DNA from: an uncultured Planctomycetia bacterium
Lineage (GTDB): Bacteria > Omnitrophota > Gorgyraeia > Gorgyraeales > Gorgyraeaceae
Direction: 5' to 3'
NCBI GenBank assembly: GCA_964445715.1
Contig: CAYULJ010000002.1
Location: 1 to 33,102, forward strand
DNA length: 33,102 nucleotides
How positions within the stretch are numbered: position 1 is the stretch's first letter; each line of letters starts with the position of its first letter. Positions 18,065-26,677 of the stretch are shown one piece after another. Both the position numbers and the translations under genes were made by a program. The notes under the pieces are model-generated. The model saw nothing but the letters and a program-made list of their open reading frames with translations, was not told where the DNA came from and ran no database searches.

Positions 18065-18382
18065 CTATTTCACTTCTTTCTCGATCCACTCTAAATATGG
18101 TTTATATCCGCCCGTAATCGGCAAAGTTATTATTTCGGGCACCTCATAAGAATGAATGGATTTCACCTTTTTAATGATTTTGTTAAGGCAAGACTTTTTT
18201 GACTTGGCAATAATCAGGCATTCTCTGGTTTTTTCCTTCTTGTCTTTCCACCAAAAATGAGACTCTATCCCGTTTATTATATTAGCGCACGCTATCATGC
18301 GCTCATCAAGAAGCGTGCTGCTGATCTTTTTTGCCTCTCTCTTATTAGGCGCTGTAATAAAAATCAAAGTGTAAGGCTGCAT
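18065..18382 (-). CDS. cutA: Divalent-cation tolerance protein CutA
   Basis: IACANI, HSYEVPEII and YLEWI motifs. Confidence 0.92.
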   Translation of the reverse strand: MQPYTLIFITAPNKREAKKISSTLLDERMIACANIINGIESHFWWKDKKEKTRECLIIAKSKKSCLNKIIKKVKSIHSYEVPEIITLPITGGYKPYLEWIEKEVK

Positions 18383-20193
18383 TATTTGGGGGAGCTGATT
18401 ATGTCAAATATGGTTTTTATGATAGCTTCTTCCGGGCTGATTTCTTCTTGTTGTTCTTCCTCTTGGCCTGCCTGCCCTTCAGGCTCAGGCCCTGTCTCTG
18501 TTCCTGTACTAGGCGCACCCTTTGGCTCTTTGCGCCTTTCTATTTTAAAAATATCCTCTAGTAACTCCTGCCCCTTCGAGATAGCCAGTCTCTGTATCAC
18601 ATAATCAAGATCCGGCTTTACTACAACATCAGGAAATCTACCGTAAATATCCATGGGCATTGTTATCATGCCCTGCCTATTTTGTAAATACTTGAACTCG
18701 CGAACCGCATCCACAAAGGCCTCTGAGAGGTCAGCCGCTATAAACAAATCAGAATCTATTATAAAATCTCCATTCGCTTTTAGATGACCATTGCACACAA
18801 AGTAGAAACCATCGGACTCTATAACAGTCTCCTGCAAAAATAATGTATCGCCTTCAATATTAAAATTTAGATCCATGGGACCAAAGGCTGTAAAATTTTG
18901 CCTCAAGAGCTCTCTATAATGCGCAGGCAGCTTACTCTTTAATTTCCGCACCAATCCCGGCAGCATGTCAAGTTTATCAAGCGCAACGACCAAAAGGTTC
19001 ATGTTCTTCAATACGCCTTCGTCTATTTTAACAACACCTTTTGCTTTTAGTGTCTCAAGAATCTTCTCACTAGCCAGCCCCCTGACTGAGGAAAGAGTCT
19101 CCGCGCTCAACCGTCCTTCTAAATATGGCTTGTCAGGTGATATATCAAAAAACAATGACGAAATGTCGATATCACTCAATTTGATGTCCAGGCTGGAGTA
19201 TTGACGAGACAAAATGTCTTTAATGCTCCCCTTGGCTAAAAAAGATCCCCTGGAAACCGAGCCACTGAGCTTTTGCATAATCAAGTCACCGCGTTCTATC
19301 TCAGCTTTGAGCGCTATATCCCTGATGCCGCCTTTCACAGGAAGAAGGTCTGTTTCAACGTTAGACAAATTCACATATAGATTCGATTCATAAATCCGCC
19401 TTGGATCAAAATATATCTTTTCTGAGCTTACAACCAGGTCTCCCTTGAATTCCTTTCCTATGATCTCCTCCGCGATATCAGCCTGTCCCAATGCATCCAA
19501 CGCGCCTCTAAGGTTAAATTTGGCCAAGTCTATTTTTAGATCAAGATTTTTAATATAAGGCCTTTTGGTCTCTAATTCCGGATACAACAGGGCTTTTAAA
19601 TCTATATTCTCGGCCCCTCTTCCAAAAAGAGACAGCCTGGCGTCAATATTTATAGGTCCGAATAGAGATATATTTTCAAGCACGGCTTTTACGACATCTA
19701 CTTTCATATCACCATATCTAATACTTGAATCTATTATAGATACGGATTTTGCCAAAAAATTCAATGCCCCTACTGCCGCTATCCCGATATCCGAATCCTT
19801 TGCTGTGCCTGCCTCTATTTTGCCAGTTGATATAGGCACGATATCATTTGCAATAGTTATATCCATGCCCCTGACTATAACATGCTCAATCTGCACATCT
19901 TTCTTCAGGAGCGGCAAAGGCCTGATGTTTGCCTCTATAGAAGAAACTCTTAGATCAGAATCCTCCCATGCCTCATCACGGCCTTTTATAGAAACTCCTG
20001 CCAATCGCAATCTGACCGTAGGCAAAAAACTCAGAGATATATTGCCTATCTTAATATCCTTATCTATTGCCTGCTCAATCCTTTCTGTCAACAGAGGCTT
20101 GTATTCATTCGCATCGAACGTCAATAGGAATACGAGAAGGGCTATCGCGACAATTATGGCAACAAAAAACAGCAGGATAAATAATTTTTTCAT
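18382..20193 (-). CDS. AsmA family protein
   Basis: N-terminal TM, FDANEYKPLL and IRPLPLLKKDVQIE; the track start at 20235 is inside the palindrome, so ATG 20193 is preferred. Confidence 0.8.
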   Translation of the reverse strand: MKKLFILLFFVAIIVAIALLVFLLTFDANEYKPLLTERIEQAIDKDIKIGNISLSFLPTVRLRLAGVSIKGRDEAWEDSDLRVSSIEANIRPLPLLKKDVQIEHVIVRGMDITIANDIVPISTGKIEAGTAKDSDIGIAAVGALNFLAKSVSIIDSSIRYGDMKVDVVKAVLENISLFGPINIDARLSLFGRGAENIDLKALLYPELETKRPYIKNLDLKIDLAKFNLRGALDALGQADIAEEIIGKEFKGDLVVSSEKIYFDPRRIYESNLYVNLSNVETDLLPVKGGIRDIALKAEIERGDLIMQKLSGSVSRGSFLAKGSIKDILSRQYSSLDIKLSDIDISSLFFDISPDKPYLEGRLSAETLSSVRGLASEKILETLKAKGVVKIDEGVLKNMNLLVVALDKLDMLPGLVRKLKSKLPAHYRELLRQNFTAFGPMDLNFNIEGDTLFLQETVIESDGFYFVCNGHLKANGDFIIDSDLFIAADLSEAFVDAVREFKYLQNRQGMITMPMDIYGRFPDVVVKPDLDYVIQRLAISKGQELLEDIFKIERRKEPKGAPSTGTETGPEPEGQAGQEEEQQEEISPEEAIIKTIFDIISSPK

Positions 20194-20224
20194 AATCAGT
20201 AAGTCCTGGTGGTCTTTATGATAC

Positions 20225-20265
20225 CTTAAGTTCACATTTTAACATTGTTAAAATGTGAACTTAAG
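20225..20265. repeat. 41-bp palindrome, copy 10
   Basis: CTTAAGTTCACATTTTAACA-T-TGTTAAAATGTGAACTTAAG, perfect with two compensatory pairs (9/33, 13/29). Confidence 0.95.
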
Positions 20266-20267
20266 GA

Positions 20268-21329
20268 CTATCTTAGTTCTTTGAGGCTCATCATAAGTTC
20301 GTTTCTTCTGTCTGCATAAGCCAGGGCTGTCTCTTCTGATATCTTCTTTTCTTTGTATAGATTAAGCAAGGCCTGGTCAAATGTCTGCATGTCATACAAG
20401 CTTCCGTCTTTGATATAATATTCTATCTCGTCGATCTTGCCTTCCCTGATCAACTCTATTATGGTAGGCGTTGACATAAGAACCTCGCACGCAGGCACCC
20501 GGCCGCTGCCATCCATAAGCGGCATCAGCCTCAATGATAAAATACCCTTTAACAATAGTGAAAGCTGCATCCTGATCTCTGCATGCTGATGCGGCTGGAA
20601 GAAATTAACGATCCTCTCTATTGTATGCGTAGTATTTATAGTATGCAGATTCGCTATTACAAGCTGTCCTGTCTCAGCAGATGTAAGGGCAGTCGACATG
20701 ACCTCTGAATTTCTTATGTCTCCTATAAATATCGTGTCCGGGGTCTGGAGCATGATGAATTCGAGCGCACTCTGAAAGCTCTCTGTGTCTACCCTGACTT
20801 CTCTCTGAGTCACTATAGATTTTTTATCTTTAAACATAAACTCGATCGGATCTTCAAGCGTTATAATATGCCTGGCCATGTTTCTGTTTATATATTCTAA
20901 CATGCTTGCTACGCTGGTAGATTTTCCACTGCCCGTGGTTCCCGTGATCAGCACCAGTCCGCGTTTCTCGCCGCACAGATTTTCCAGCACTTTTGCCGGC
21001 AGGTTTAGATCTGTAAATGTGGGGACATTAGTATTTACCGCGCGCACCACAATGACAAAATTACCCTTTTCTCTAAAAACAGTTGTCCTAAATCTGCCTA
21101 AATCATCCACGCCAAAAGACAAGACTACTTCGTTCCTCTCTCTTAAGGCATTAAATTGACTTCTTTTTTGTATCTCATCGACTAACTCGCTAACACACTT
21201 ATCTGTCAATTCAGGCCCATCTTTGAAAAGAGACCCATTGATCCTCATGTATGCTGGACTGCCTGCTTTAAGCACCAGATCAGACGCCTTTTTTTTAACC
21301 ATGCTTTTTAATAATGTTTTTAACTCCAT
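20268..21329 (-). CDS. PilT/PilU family type IV pilus ATPase
   Basis: GTTGSGKS Walker A, ITLEDPIEF, QREV, AETG...LHT and MQTFDQAL motifs. Confidence 0.9.
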   Translation of the reverse strand: MELKTLLKSMVKKKASDLVLKAGSPAYMRINGSLFKDGPELTDKCVSELVDEIQKRSQFNALRERNEVVLSFGVDDLGRFRTTVFREKGNFVIVVRAVNTNVPTFTDLNLPAKVLENLCGEKRGLVLITGTTGSGKSTSVASMLEYINRNMARHIITLEDPIEFMFKDKKSIVTQREVRVDTESFQSALEFIMLQTPDTIFIGDIRNSEVMSTALTSAETGQLVIANLHTINTTHTIERIVNFFQPHQHAEIRMQLSLLLKGILSLRLMPLMDGSGRVPACEVLMSTPTIIELIREGKIDEIEYYIKDGSLYDMQTFDQALLNLYKEKKISEETALAYADRRNELMMSLKELR

Positions 21330-21353
21330 AACACCGCGCCTCTCTGTAAATAT

Positions 21354-21392
21354 AAAAAGCGTAGCGGACCTTTGTGACCCGCTACGCTTTTT
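21354..21392. terminator. Bidirectional-looking intrinsic terminator after the OMP gene
   Basis: AAAAAGCGTAGCGG-N11-CCGCTACGCTTTTT. Confidence 0.8.
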
Positions 21393-21424
21393 GTTAAAAA
21401 CTATTCACGCGTATGATTCTCTAC

Positions 21425-22204
21425 TTAAAACTTATAGTTCATCCCTACGCTAAAAGCTTCTTCGTCAATGAATCTGCCTTCTAGATTCAATGAGAACTGT
21501 TCACTCTTTGGCATACCTTCTATCTTAGGAGTAATCGATAGCCCTACGAATACGCCGACATTCTGTGAGGCATTCTTGCCTTGAGCATCATGCGTTGCGC
21601 CATTTTCCACAAAATAACCATCGACTTCAACATCTGAATATTTCACGCCAACATAAGGTATGAAATAATCTGTTCTCCAGCCAACCTCACAAGCCACATG
21701 CCAATCTTCATAGTCTCCATCCTTATAGCTTGACACAGAAGATGATGTAAAAGATGTACCATCTCTATCACCTTTGTCGAAGTTCATATCAGCTGCCCTG
21801 TAAGCAGCATTAACCCCTACTTCAATGCCATTGTCCCAGCGATAGATCAATGCACTTCCGCCTATGCCCCATAAAAATTCATCCTCAAATTCGTATTTTA
21901 TCTTCTCTCCATTATCCGTCCATGTTAATTCCATGTCCTGGGCCTGGCCAAGGTCGACGTAGAAATTAAATCTCTCGATGATATTCAACCCGATCCTCGC
22001 TGCATATGCTGCCATTTCAAAGTCGCCGCTATCGATGTCAATCTTTCTTTCAAGCGAGTCACCAATAAATCCTATGCTCGCAGTAATGTCATTATACGCC
22101 CACTCTGCGCTCGTTGCGTCTGCCTCTGAAACAAGTCCCACTGGAGCAGCATAAACTGCGCCTGCAAAACCAATTACCATTAACGCTGCTAACAAGATCC
22201 TCAT
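21425..22204 (-). CDS. Outer-membrane beta-barrel protein
   Basis: Signal peptide, alternating beta pattern, C-terminal YKF; strong SD; promoter TTGACT-17-TAAACT at 22358..22386. Confidence 0.75.
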   Translation of the reverse strand: MRILLAALMVIGFAGAVYAAPVGLVSEADATSAEWAYNDITASIGFIGDSLERKIDIDSGDFEMAAYAARIGLNIIERFNFYVDLGQAQDMELTWTDNGEKIKYEFEDEFLWGIGGSALIYRWDNGIEVGVNAAYRAADMNFDKGDRDGTSFTSSSVSSYKDGDYEDWHVACEVGWRTDYFIPYVGVKYSDVEVDGYFVENGATHDAQGKNASQNVGVFVGLSITPKIEGMPKSEQFSLNLEGRFIDEEAFSVGMNYKF

Positions 22205-22400
22205 TTGCCCCCTCCTTGGTATATTATTTTGAGTGCGTTTTTATATTATTTAGATCATTGAGTATTTTAATAAAAACCCCATCTTGTATAAATAGCTATT
22301 TCCTCCCCCCTTTCTTCTTTATACAAGACAGCAAAAGACAATAATTCTTAATGTAATAGTTTACACAGTGTTTGCAGAATAGTCAAGGGTGATTGAAAAT

Positions 22401-23093
22401 TTATTTTCTAAGCTCAAAAGCCTCTTCCTTTGTCAAAAACCTCCATTTACCTCTAGGCAAGACCCCCAAGCTTAAAGGGCCTTCTTCTAGTCTCTTTAAG
22501 TCTATGACCTTATAGCCCACTTTTTTAAACATTCTTTTTATCTGTCGCTTCCTGCCTTCACGCAAAGTCATTTCTACCTTGCTGTTCTCTATTGATCTTA
22601 TATTACAAGGCGCCGTGAGCTTGCTTTCGAGATAAACACCTTTCTCCAATCTAGTCTTATGCGCGTTCTTCAATCTCTTATCAAGCTCTACTATATATAG
22701 TTTCTTTATATTAAATCTAGGATGAGTAAGCTTGTTAAGCAATTCACCGTCATTTGTCAATAAAATCAGGCCTGTTGTATCCTTGTCTAATCTGCCAACG
22801 GGATTCAGGTGCTTCAAGTTCTGTGGCAAGCAATCTATCACTGTTTTTTTTGCAAAGGGGTCTTTTTTTGTGCTCGTAACACCCTTGGGCTTGTGAAGCA
22901 TTACGTATTTTTTTTCTCTTAAAAGCGCTCTCTTTTTATTATAAAAAACCTCGTTTCTTTCAGGATCTACTTTAAACGATGGTTCGAAAATCTTTTTGCC
23001 ATCAACAATGATCTTGCCGGATTTTATAATATTGACTGCACTGCGCCGCGATGCAACCCCTGCCTTAGATAAAAAAGTCTGTAATCGCATCAT
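22401..23093 (-). CDS. RsuA/RluB family rRNA pseudouridine synthase
   Basis: S4 domain (GVASRR), PVGRLDKDTTGLILLTNDG and EGRKRQIKRM motifs. Confidence 0.92.
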   Translation of the reverse strand: MMRLQTFLSKAGVASRRSAVNIIKSGKIIVDGKKIFEPSFKVDPERNEVFYNKKRALLREKKYVMLHKPKGVTSTKKDPFAKKTVIDCLPQNLKHLNPVGRLDKDTTGLILLTNDGELLNKLTHPRFNIKKLYIVELDKRLKNAHKTRLEKGVYLESKLTAPCNIRSIENSKVEMTLREGRKRQIKRMFKKVGYKVIDLKRLEEGPLSLGVLPRGKWRFLTKEEAFELRK

Positions 23094-23116
23094 TTACAGT
23101 GGCTTTCGGTCAGGCA

Positions 23117-23231
23117 GCTTCAAAAAGACGTTCGTCCGCCCCAGCGAAGCGTCCATCGCTCCATTTTATTTTTTGCTCGCCTAAGTTTACACTTTAACAA
23201 TGTTAAAGTGTAAACTTAGGCACCCATGCCC
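23117..23231. repeat. Composite repeat: arm + palindrome copy 11 (23180..23220) + arm stub
   Basis: 23117..23179 closely matches the reverse complement of 28327..28389; core CCTAAG...CTTAGG is perfect; GCACCCATGCCC stub matches 28276..28286 reversed. Confidence 0.92.
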
Positions 23232-23232
23232 A

Positions 23233-24171
23233 TCACTGAAAATATTCAAAATACTCGCTGTCCGAACTGAAAATCACAGTAGTGTCACCATCGATTGTAT
23301 TTTTATACGTATCCAGGGTCTTTAAGAAAGAATAGAATTCTGGATCTCTGTTGTATGCATCTGCGTATACGCTGATAGCCTCTGCGTCTGCCTTGCCTTT
23401 TATTTCTTCTGCTGATTTATACGCCTCTGACCGTATCTTTTTTAATTCCTTGCCCATCTGCCCTGATATCTCTGCCTTCTTTCCCTGTCCTTCTGAACGA
23501 TACCTTTCTGCTGCCCTTTTTCTTTCAGATATCATCCTTTCGTATACCTTATCCCTGACCTCCTGCACGTAGTTTATCCTTTTTATTCTGACATCCACCA
23601 GCTCGATCCCGTATTGAGGGGCCATCTCTGAAGCCTGTTCTAATATCCCTCTCGTGATCTCTTCTCTCCCGACCACCACCCTATCAAGCGCATCATCAGA
23701 AGCCTTTATCTCATCCTGCTCGCTTATGATTTGTGATTCAATGATCCTGTTTGAATCCCTGACCACCTCCACTAAATTGTGATTCGTAATATAATCTCTT
23801 GTCGCAGAGTCTATTATATCATCCAGCCTTGCATGCGCGCCTGTCTCATTTGTAACAGATTGCATGAATTTAAGGGGGTCTTTGATCTTCCATCTAGCGG
23901 TTGTATCGACCCATATATATCTTTTATCTTTGGTCGGGATCTGATTAGGGTTCCCGTCCCACTGAAGAAGCCTTTTATCAAAATAATTCGCGTGCTGAAT
24001 AAAAGGCAATTTGAAATACAAGCCCGCTTTCATTGCCGGGTCGCCAACAGGCTTGCCAAATTGGGTAACGACCACCTGTTGTGTCTCATCGACAATATAA
24101 AGCGCTCCGCTCATAAAAAGTAACATCGCTACAACAAAAAGACCTATTGCAGTATTTATCAACAGCTTCAT
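23233..24171 (-). CDS. hflC: FtsH protease modulator HflC
   Basis: SPFH domain, DVRIKRI, RMISER and DPEFYSFL motifs; follows hflK. Confidence 0.93.
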   Translation of the reverse strand: MKLLINTAIGLFVVAMLLFMSGALYIVDETQQVVVTQFGKPVGDPAMKAGLYFKLPFIQHANYFDKRLLQWDGNPNQIPTKDKRYIWVDTTARWKIKDPLKFMQSVTNETGAHARLDDIIDSATRDYITNHNLVEVVRDSNRIIESQIISEQDEIKASDDALDRVVVGREEITRGILEQASEMAPQYGIELVDVRIKRINYVQEVRDKVYERMISERKRAAERYRSEGQGKKAEISGQMGKELKKIRSEAYKSAEEIKGKADAEAISVYADAYNRDPEFYSFLKTLDTYKNTIDGDTTVIFSSDSEYFEYFQ

Positions 24172-25175
24172 CTCGCACCCCCTTCTTTATTCAGTTTCAG
24201 AAGAGGCAATATACCGTCCTGAGCAGAAGGATCTATGATGTATTTATATCCTGCTTTTGGTAATACCTCGTTCATGGTCTCAAGATACATCCTCTTGCGA
24301 GTCACTTCCTTTGCTTTATCATAAGACTCTCTCGTATCTATAAATCTTTGAGCGTCTCCTTTGGCCCTGTTTACTCTTTTTAAGGCATAGCCCTCGGCTT
24401 CTCTTATAGTCTTTTCTGCCTCGCCTTTGGCAGCCGGAATAGCCTTGTTATAAGCCTCCCATGCCTCATTTATCACTTTTTCTTTTTCCTGTTTTGCCTC
24501 GTTCACTTCGTTAAAAGACGGCTTCACTTCATCAGAAGGATTGACATCCTGCAATTTAACCGTAACGATCTGTATACCGCTCTCGTAAGAATCAAGTATA
24601 TCCTGAAGCCTGTCCTGGACTTCCTGATTTATTTCCACTCTTCTCGTGGTCAAGACTTCACTCACAGAGCTGTTCCCTACAGTCTGCCGCATCACTGCTT
24701 CTGATATGTTACGGATCGTCTCACGTGGATCCCTTACGTTAAATAACAATTTTACAGGGTCTTTTATCTTAAACTGCACTATCCACTCTACGACCAGCAC
24801 GTTTAAGTCCCCTGTAAGCATCAAGGATTCATCAAAATATTCCCTAGGCGAATATCTGGTCTTCACCCCTGCCTTCAATGTCTTGAATCCGAATTCTTCC
24901 TTAAAAATATAACGGACCTTGACCTTGTTGACCTTTTCGATCCCCATCGGTATCTTGAAATGAAGTCCTGGGTTTGTCGTACGGATATATTTACCGAATC
25001 GCCTTATAACCCCGACCTCGTCAGGTCCTACTGAGTATAGGCCTGAAAAAATAAATATCAATACAAAAAAACCGCCTACTGCCGGAACTATATACTTTTT
25101 AATATCAGGCAAGCTAGTTCCTTCCTTTTTCTTCCCTCCGGGTTCCAAGAGATCTTCCGGTGTATTAAATTGCAT
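24168..25175 (-). CDS. hflK: FtsH protease modulator HflK
   Basis: SPFH domain, MLTGDLN, LQDVNP and VTRKRMYLETM motifs. Confidence 0.93.
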   Translation of the reverse strand: MQFNTPEDLLEPGGKKKEGTSLPDIKKYIVPAVGGFFVLIFIFSGLYSVGPDEVGVIRRFGKYIRTTNPGLHFKIPMGIEKVNKVKVRYIFKEEFGFKTLKAGVKTRYSPREYFDESLMLTGDLNVLVVEWIVQFKIKDPVKLLFNVRDPRETIRNISEAVMRQTVGNSSVSEVLTTRRVEINQEVQDRLQDILDSYESGIQIVTVKLQDVNPSDEVKPSFNEVNEAKQEKEKVINEAWEAYNKAIPAAKGEAEKTIREAEGYALKRVNRAKGDAQRFIDTRESYDKAKEVTRKRMYLETMNEVLPKAGYKYIIDPSAQDGILPLLKLNKEGGAR

Positions 25176-25201
25176 ATCCCCCTCCTCCTCTGTTTAAAGG
25201 A

Positions 25202-26263
25202 TTAAAACCTCCACGTCAGTCCGGTCTGTAAACTTACATCCGGGCTCGAAGCAGCACTTATATTTTCCGTGATACCAAAATGACAAGATATATCGCTCCT
25301 CTCCTTCCATGTATAATTAAATGCTATGCCAAAATCATGGCTATCATTATCTAAGGGATTAGTCTCGCTATGTGGATAAGGAGTGGTGTTTCCTGTGACC
25401 TGAGTCACTATAGAGAACCTTTTCGTAAAACAATATTCTAATGCCAGAAGATACGAATAGACATGCTCGCCTATGCCCAACTCATCAAAAACTTTAGGCT
25501 TTTCTATGGCAACAATATTAGCACCCCCGTAGAGAAAAAGCCTATCAAAAAAACCTTTATCCACCAAGACGCCAAAACCGTAATCAAATTCCCCGCTGCC
25601 GAGCATGTCATCTTCATTTGCTGTTGGAAATTTAACAGACGATCTTAAAGAAAAATTAGGCCAGAACCAGCCACTGTCTCGCAGCAATTGATATTTTGCA
25701 TTAAGCATGACATCGCCGATGCCTTCTACGGATTTATTCATGGAAATCACATTCCTATTATTATATATAAAAGAATAATCAAATTCGTTCGACCCCTGTC
25801 TTTCCCTTGATCGAGGCGTCCTGGCTCCGACCCCATCCTCAAAACCCTCTATAACATCATCTAAGTAACCGCTAGAAAAACTTGTATAGGGTACTTCTAA
25901 GCCTATTTCGAGATTATCGTAAAGCCCATACCTAAAATCAAGAGTCACAGTAGAGACTTCAAGATCTATGTCTATCTGGTAAAGTGATGAGGCAGGAGTA
26001 AAGGCGCTTACAGTGATATTCGAGACTGTGTAGTTTGCATTTGTCGTAAATTTGTTACGCTCTCTGACTGATGCCTTATCCGGGACCATCTGCAGATAGA
26101 TCAGGTGCAAAGGCATTTGATTTCTTATTCTCAAAGGGCCGCCATTATTATACTCACTTTCTTCATCCCAATCATCCGCAAACGCAAAACTATTAGTAAA
26201 AATAAAAAATGATACCGTGAGAAACGATAAAAACACCAAGATGCCAAAACTTTTTTTCTTCAT
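25202..26263 (-). CDS. DUF3187-like outer-membrane beta-barrel protein
   Basis: Signal peptide, GPLRIRNQMP, GYLDDVIEGF, KFPTA...GSG and C-terminal WRF. Confidence 0.7.
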   Translation of the reverse strand: MKKKSFGILVFLSFLTVSFFIFTNSFAFADDWDEESEYNNGGPLRIRNQMPLHLIYLQMVPDKASVRERNKFTTNANYTVSNITVSAFTPASSLYQIDIDLEVSTVTLDFRYGLYDNLEIGLEVPYTSFSSGYLDDVIEGFEDGVGARTPRSRERQGSNEFDYSFIYNNRNVISMNKSVEGIGDVMLNAKYQLLRDSGWFWPNFSLRSSVKFPTANEDDMLGSGEFDYGFGVLVDKGFFDRLFLYGGANIVAIEKPKVFDELGIGEHVYSYLLALEYCFTKRFSIVTQVTGNTTPYPHSETNPLDNDSHDFGIAFNYTWKERSDISCHFGITENISAASSPDVSLQTGLTWRF

Positions 26264-26299
26264 TCATGTCCTCCCAGCCTCTAATATTTTCAACACCAT

Positions 26300-26440
26300 C
26301 TTAAGTTTACACTTTAACAATGTTAAAGTGTAAACTTAAGCACCGTGCCCGCAAAAAATAAAACGGAGCGAGGCCCACATTTTCAAAAAACTAACACTGG
26401 CCGAGCGTCTTTTTGAAGCTTGCTCTGGCTGTCGAAAACT
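26300..26440. repeat. Composite repeat: palindrome copy 12 (26300..26340) + chimeric arm
   Basis: Perfect core followed by CACCGTGCCCGCAAAAAATAAAACGGAGCGAGGCC...GCGTCTTTTTGAAGC, modules shared with 28227..28411. Confidence 0.9.
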
Positions 26441-26460
26441 AACACTCCTCCTAACATGAC

Positions 26461-26489
26461 TTGAAAACACTCCAATTTTATGGTAAACT
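26461..26489 (+). promoter_or_regulatory. Sigma70-type promoter for the plus-strand riboswitch
   Basis: TTGAAA-17-TAAACT with TG extension, just upstream of the aptamer. Confidence 0.65.
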
Positions 26490-26495
26490 TGTAAT

Positions 26496-26633
26496 AGCCG
26501 ATAAGGGCAAACCCTAGAGAAATCAGGGGGCGCAAAGCCAACAGACCTAAGTTACTAGTGATAAGCCGTAACTCATTGCAAATAAAAGAGTTAGTTAGGC
26601 AATCAATAGTAATATGGTGGCTGGGTTACCGAG
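26496..26633 (+). ncRNA. c-di-GMP-I riboswitch with a long stem extension, antisense to the GGDEF gene
   Basis: GGGCAAACCCTAGA-GAAA-TCAGGGGGCGCAAAGCC...GACCTAA-[~60-nt stem]-ATGGTGGCTGGGTTACCGA matches the class-I consensus. Confidence 0.85.
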
Positions 26634-26639
26634 CGATGA

Positions 26640-26677
26640 AAAGCCGACGCTACTGGCCTTTATCGGCTTTCTTTATT
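26640..26677 (+). terminator. Putative terminator hairpin after the riboswitch
   Basis: AAAGCCGA-N15-TCGGCTTT followed by CTTTATT; overlaps the GGDEF stop codon. Confidence 0.5.

Noticed and set aside
22996-23184. ORFs 22996..23184(+) and 28322..28711(-) sharing [21 protein letters not shown]
   Set aside because: The shared peptide is only the translation of the repeat arm; both ORFs are antisense to real genes.
9921-26633. cGAMP-sensing (GEMM-Ib) riboswitch variants
   Set aside because: Both aptamers keep GGGCAAA (G at the specificity position) and the ACCG partner, and the GGDEF is not of the Hypr type.
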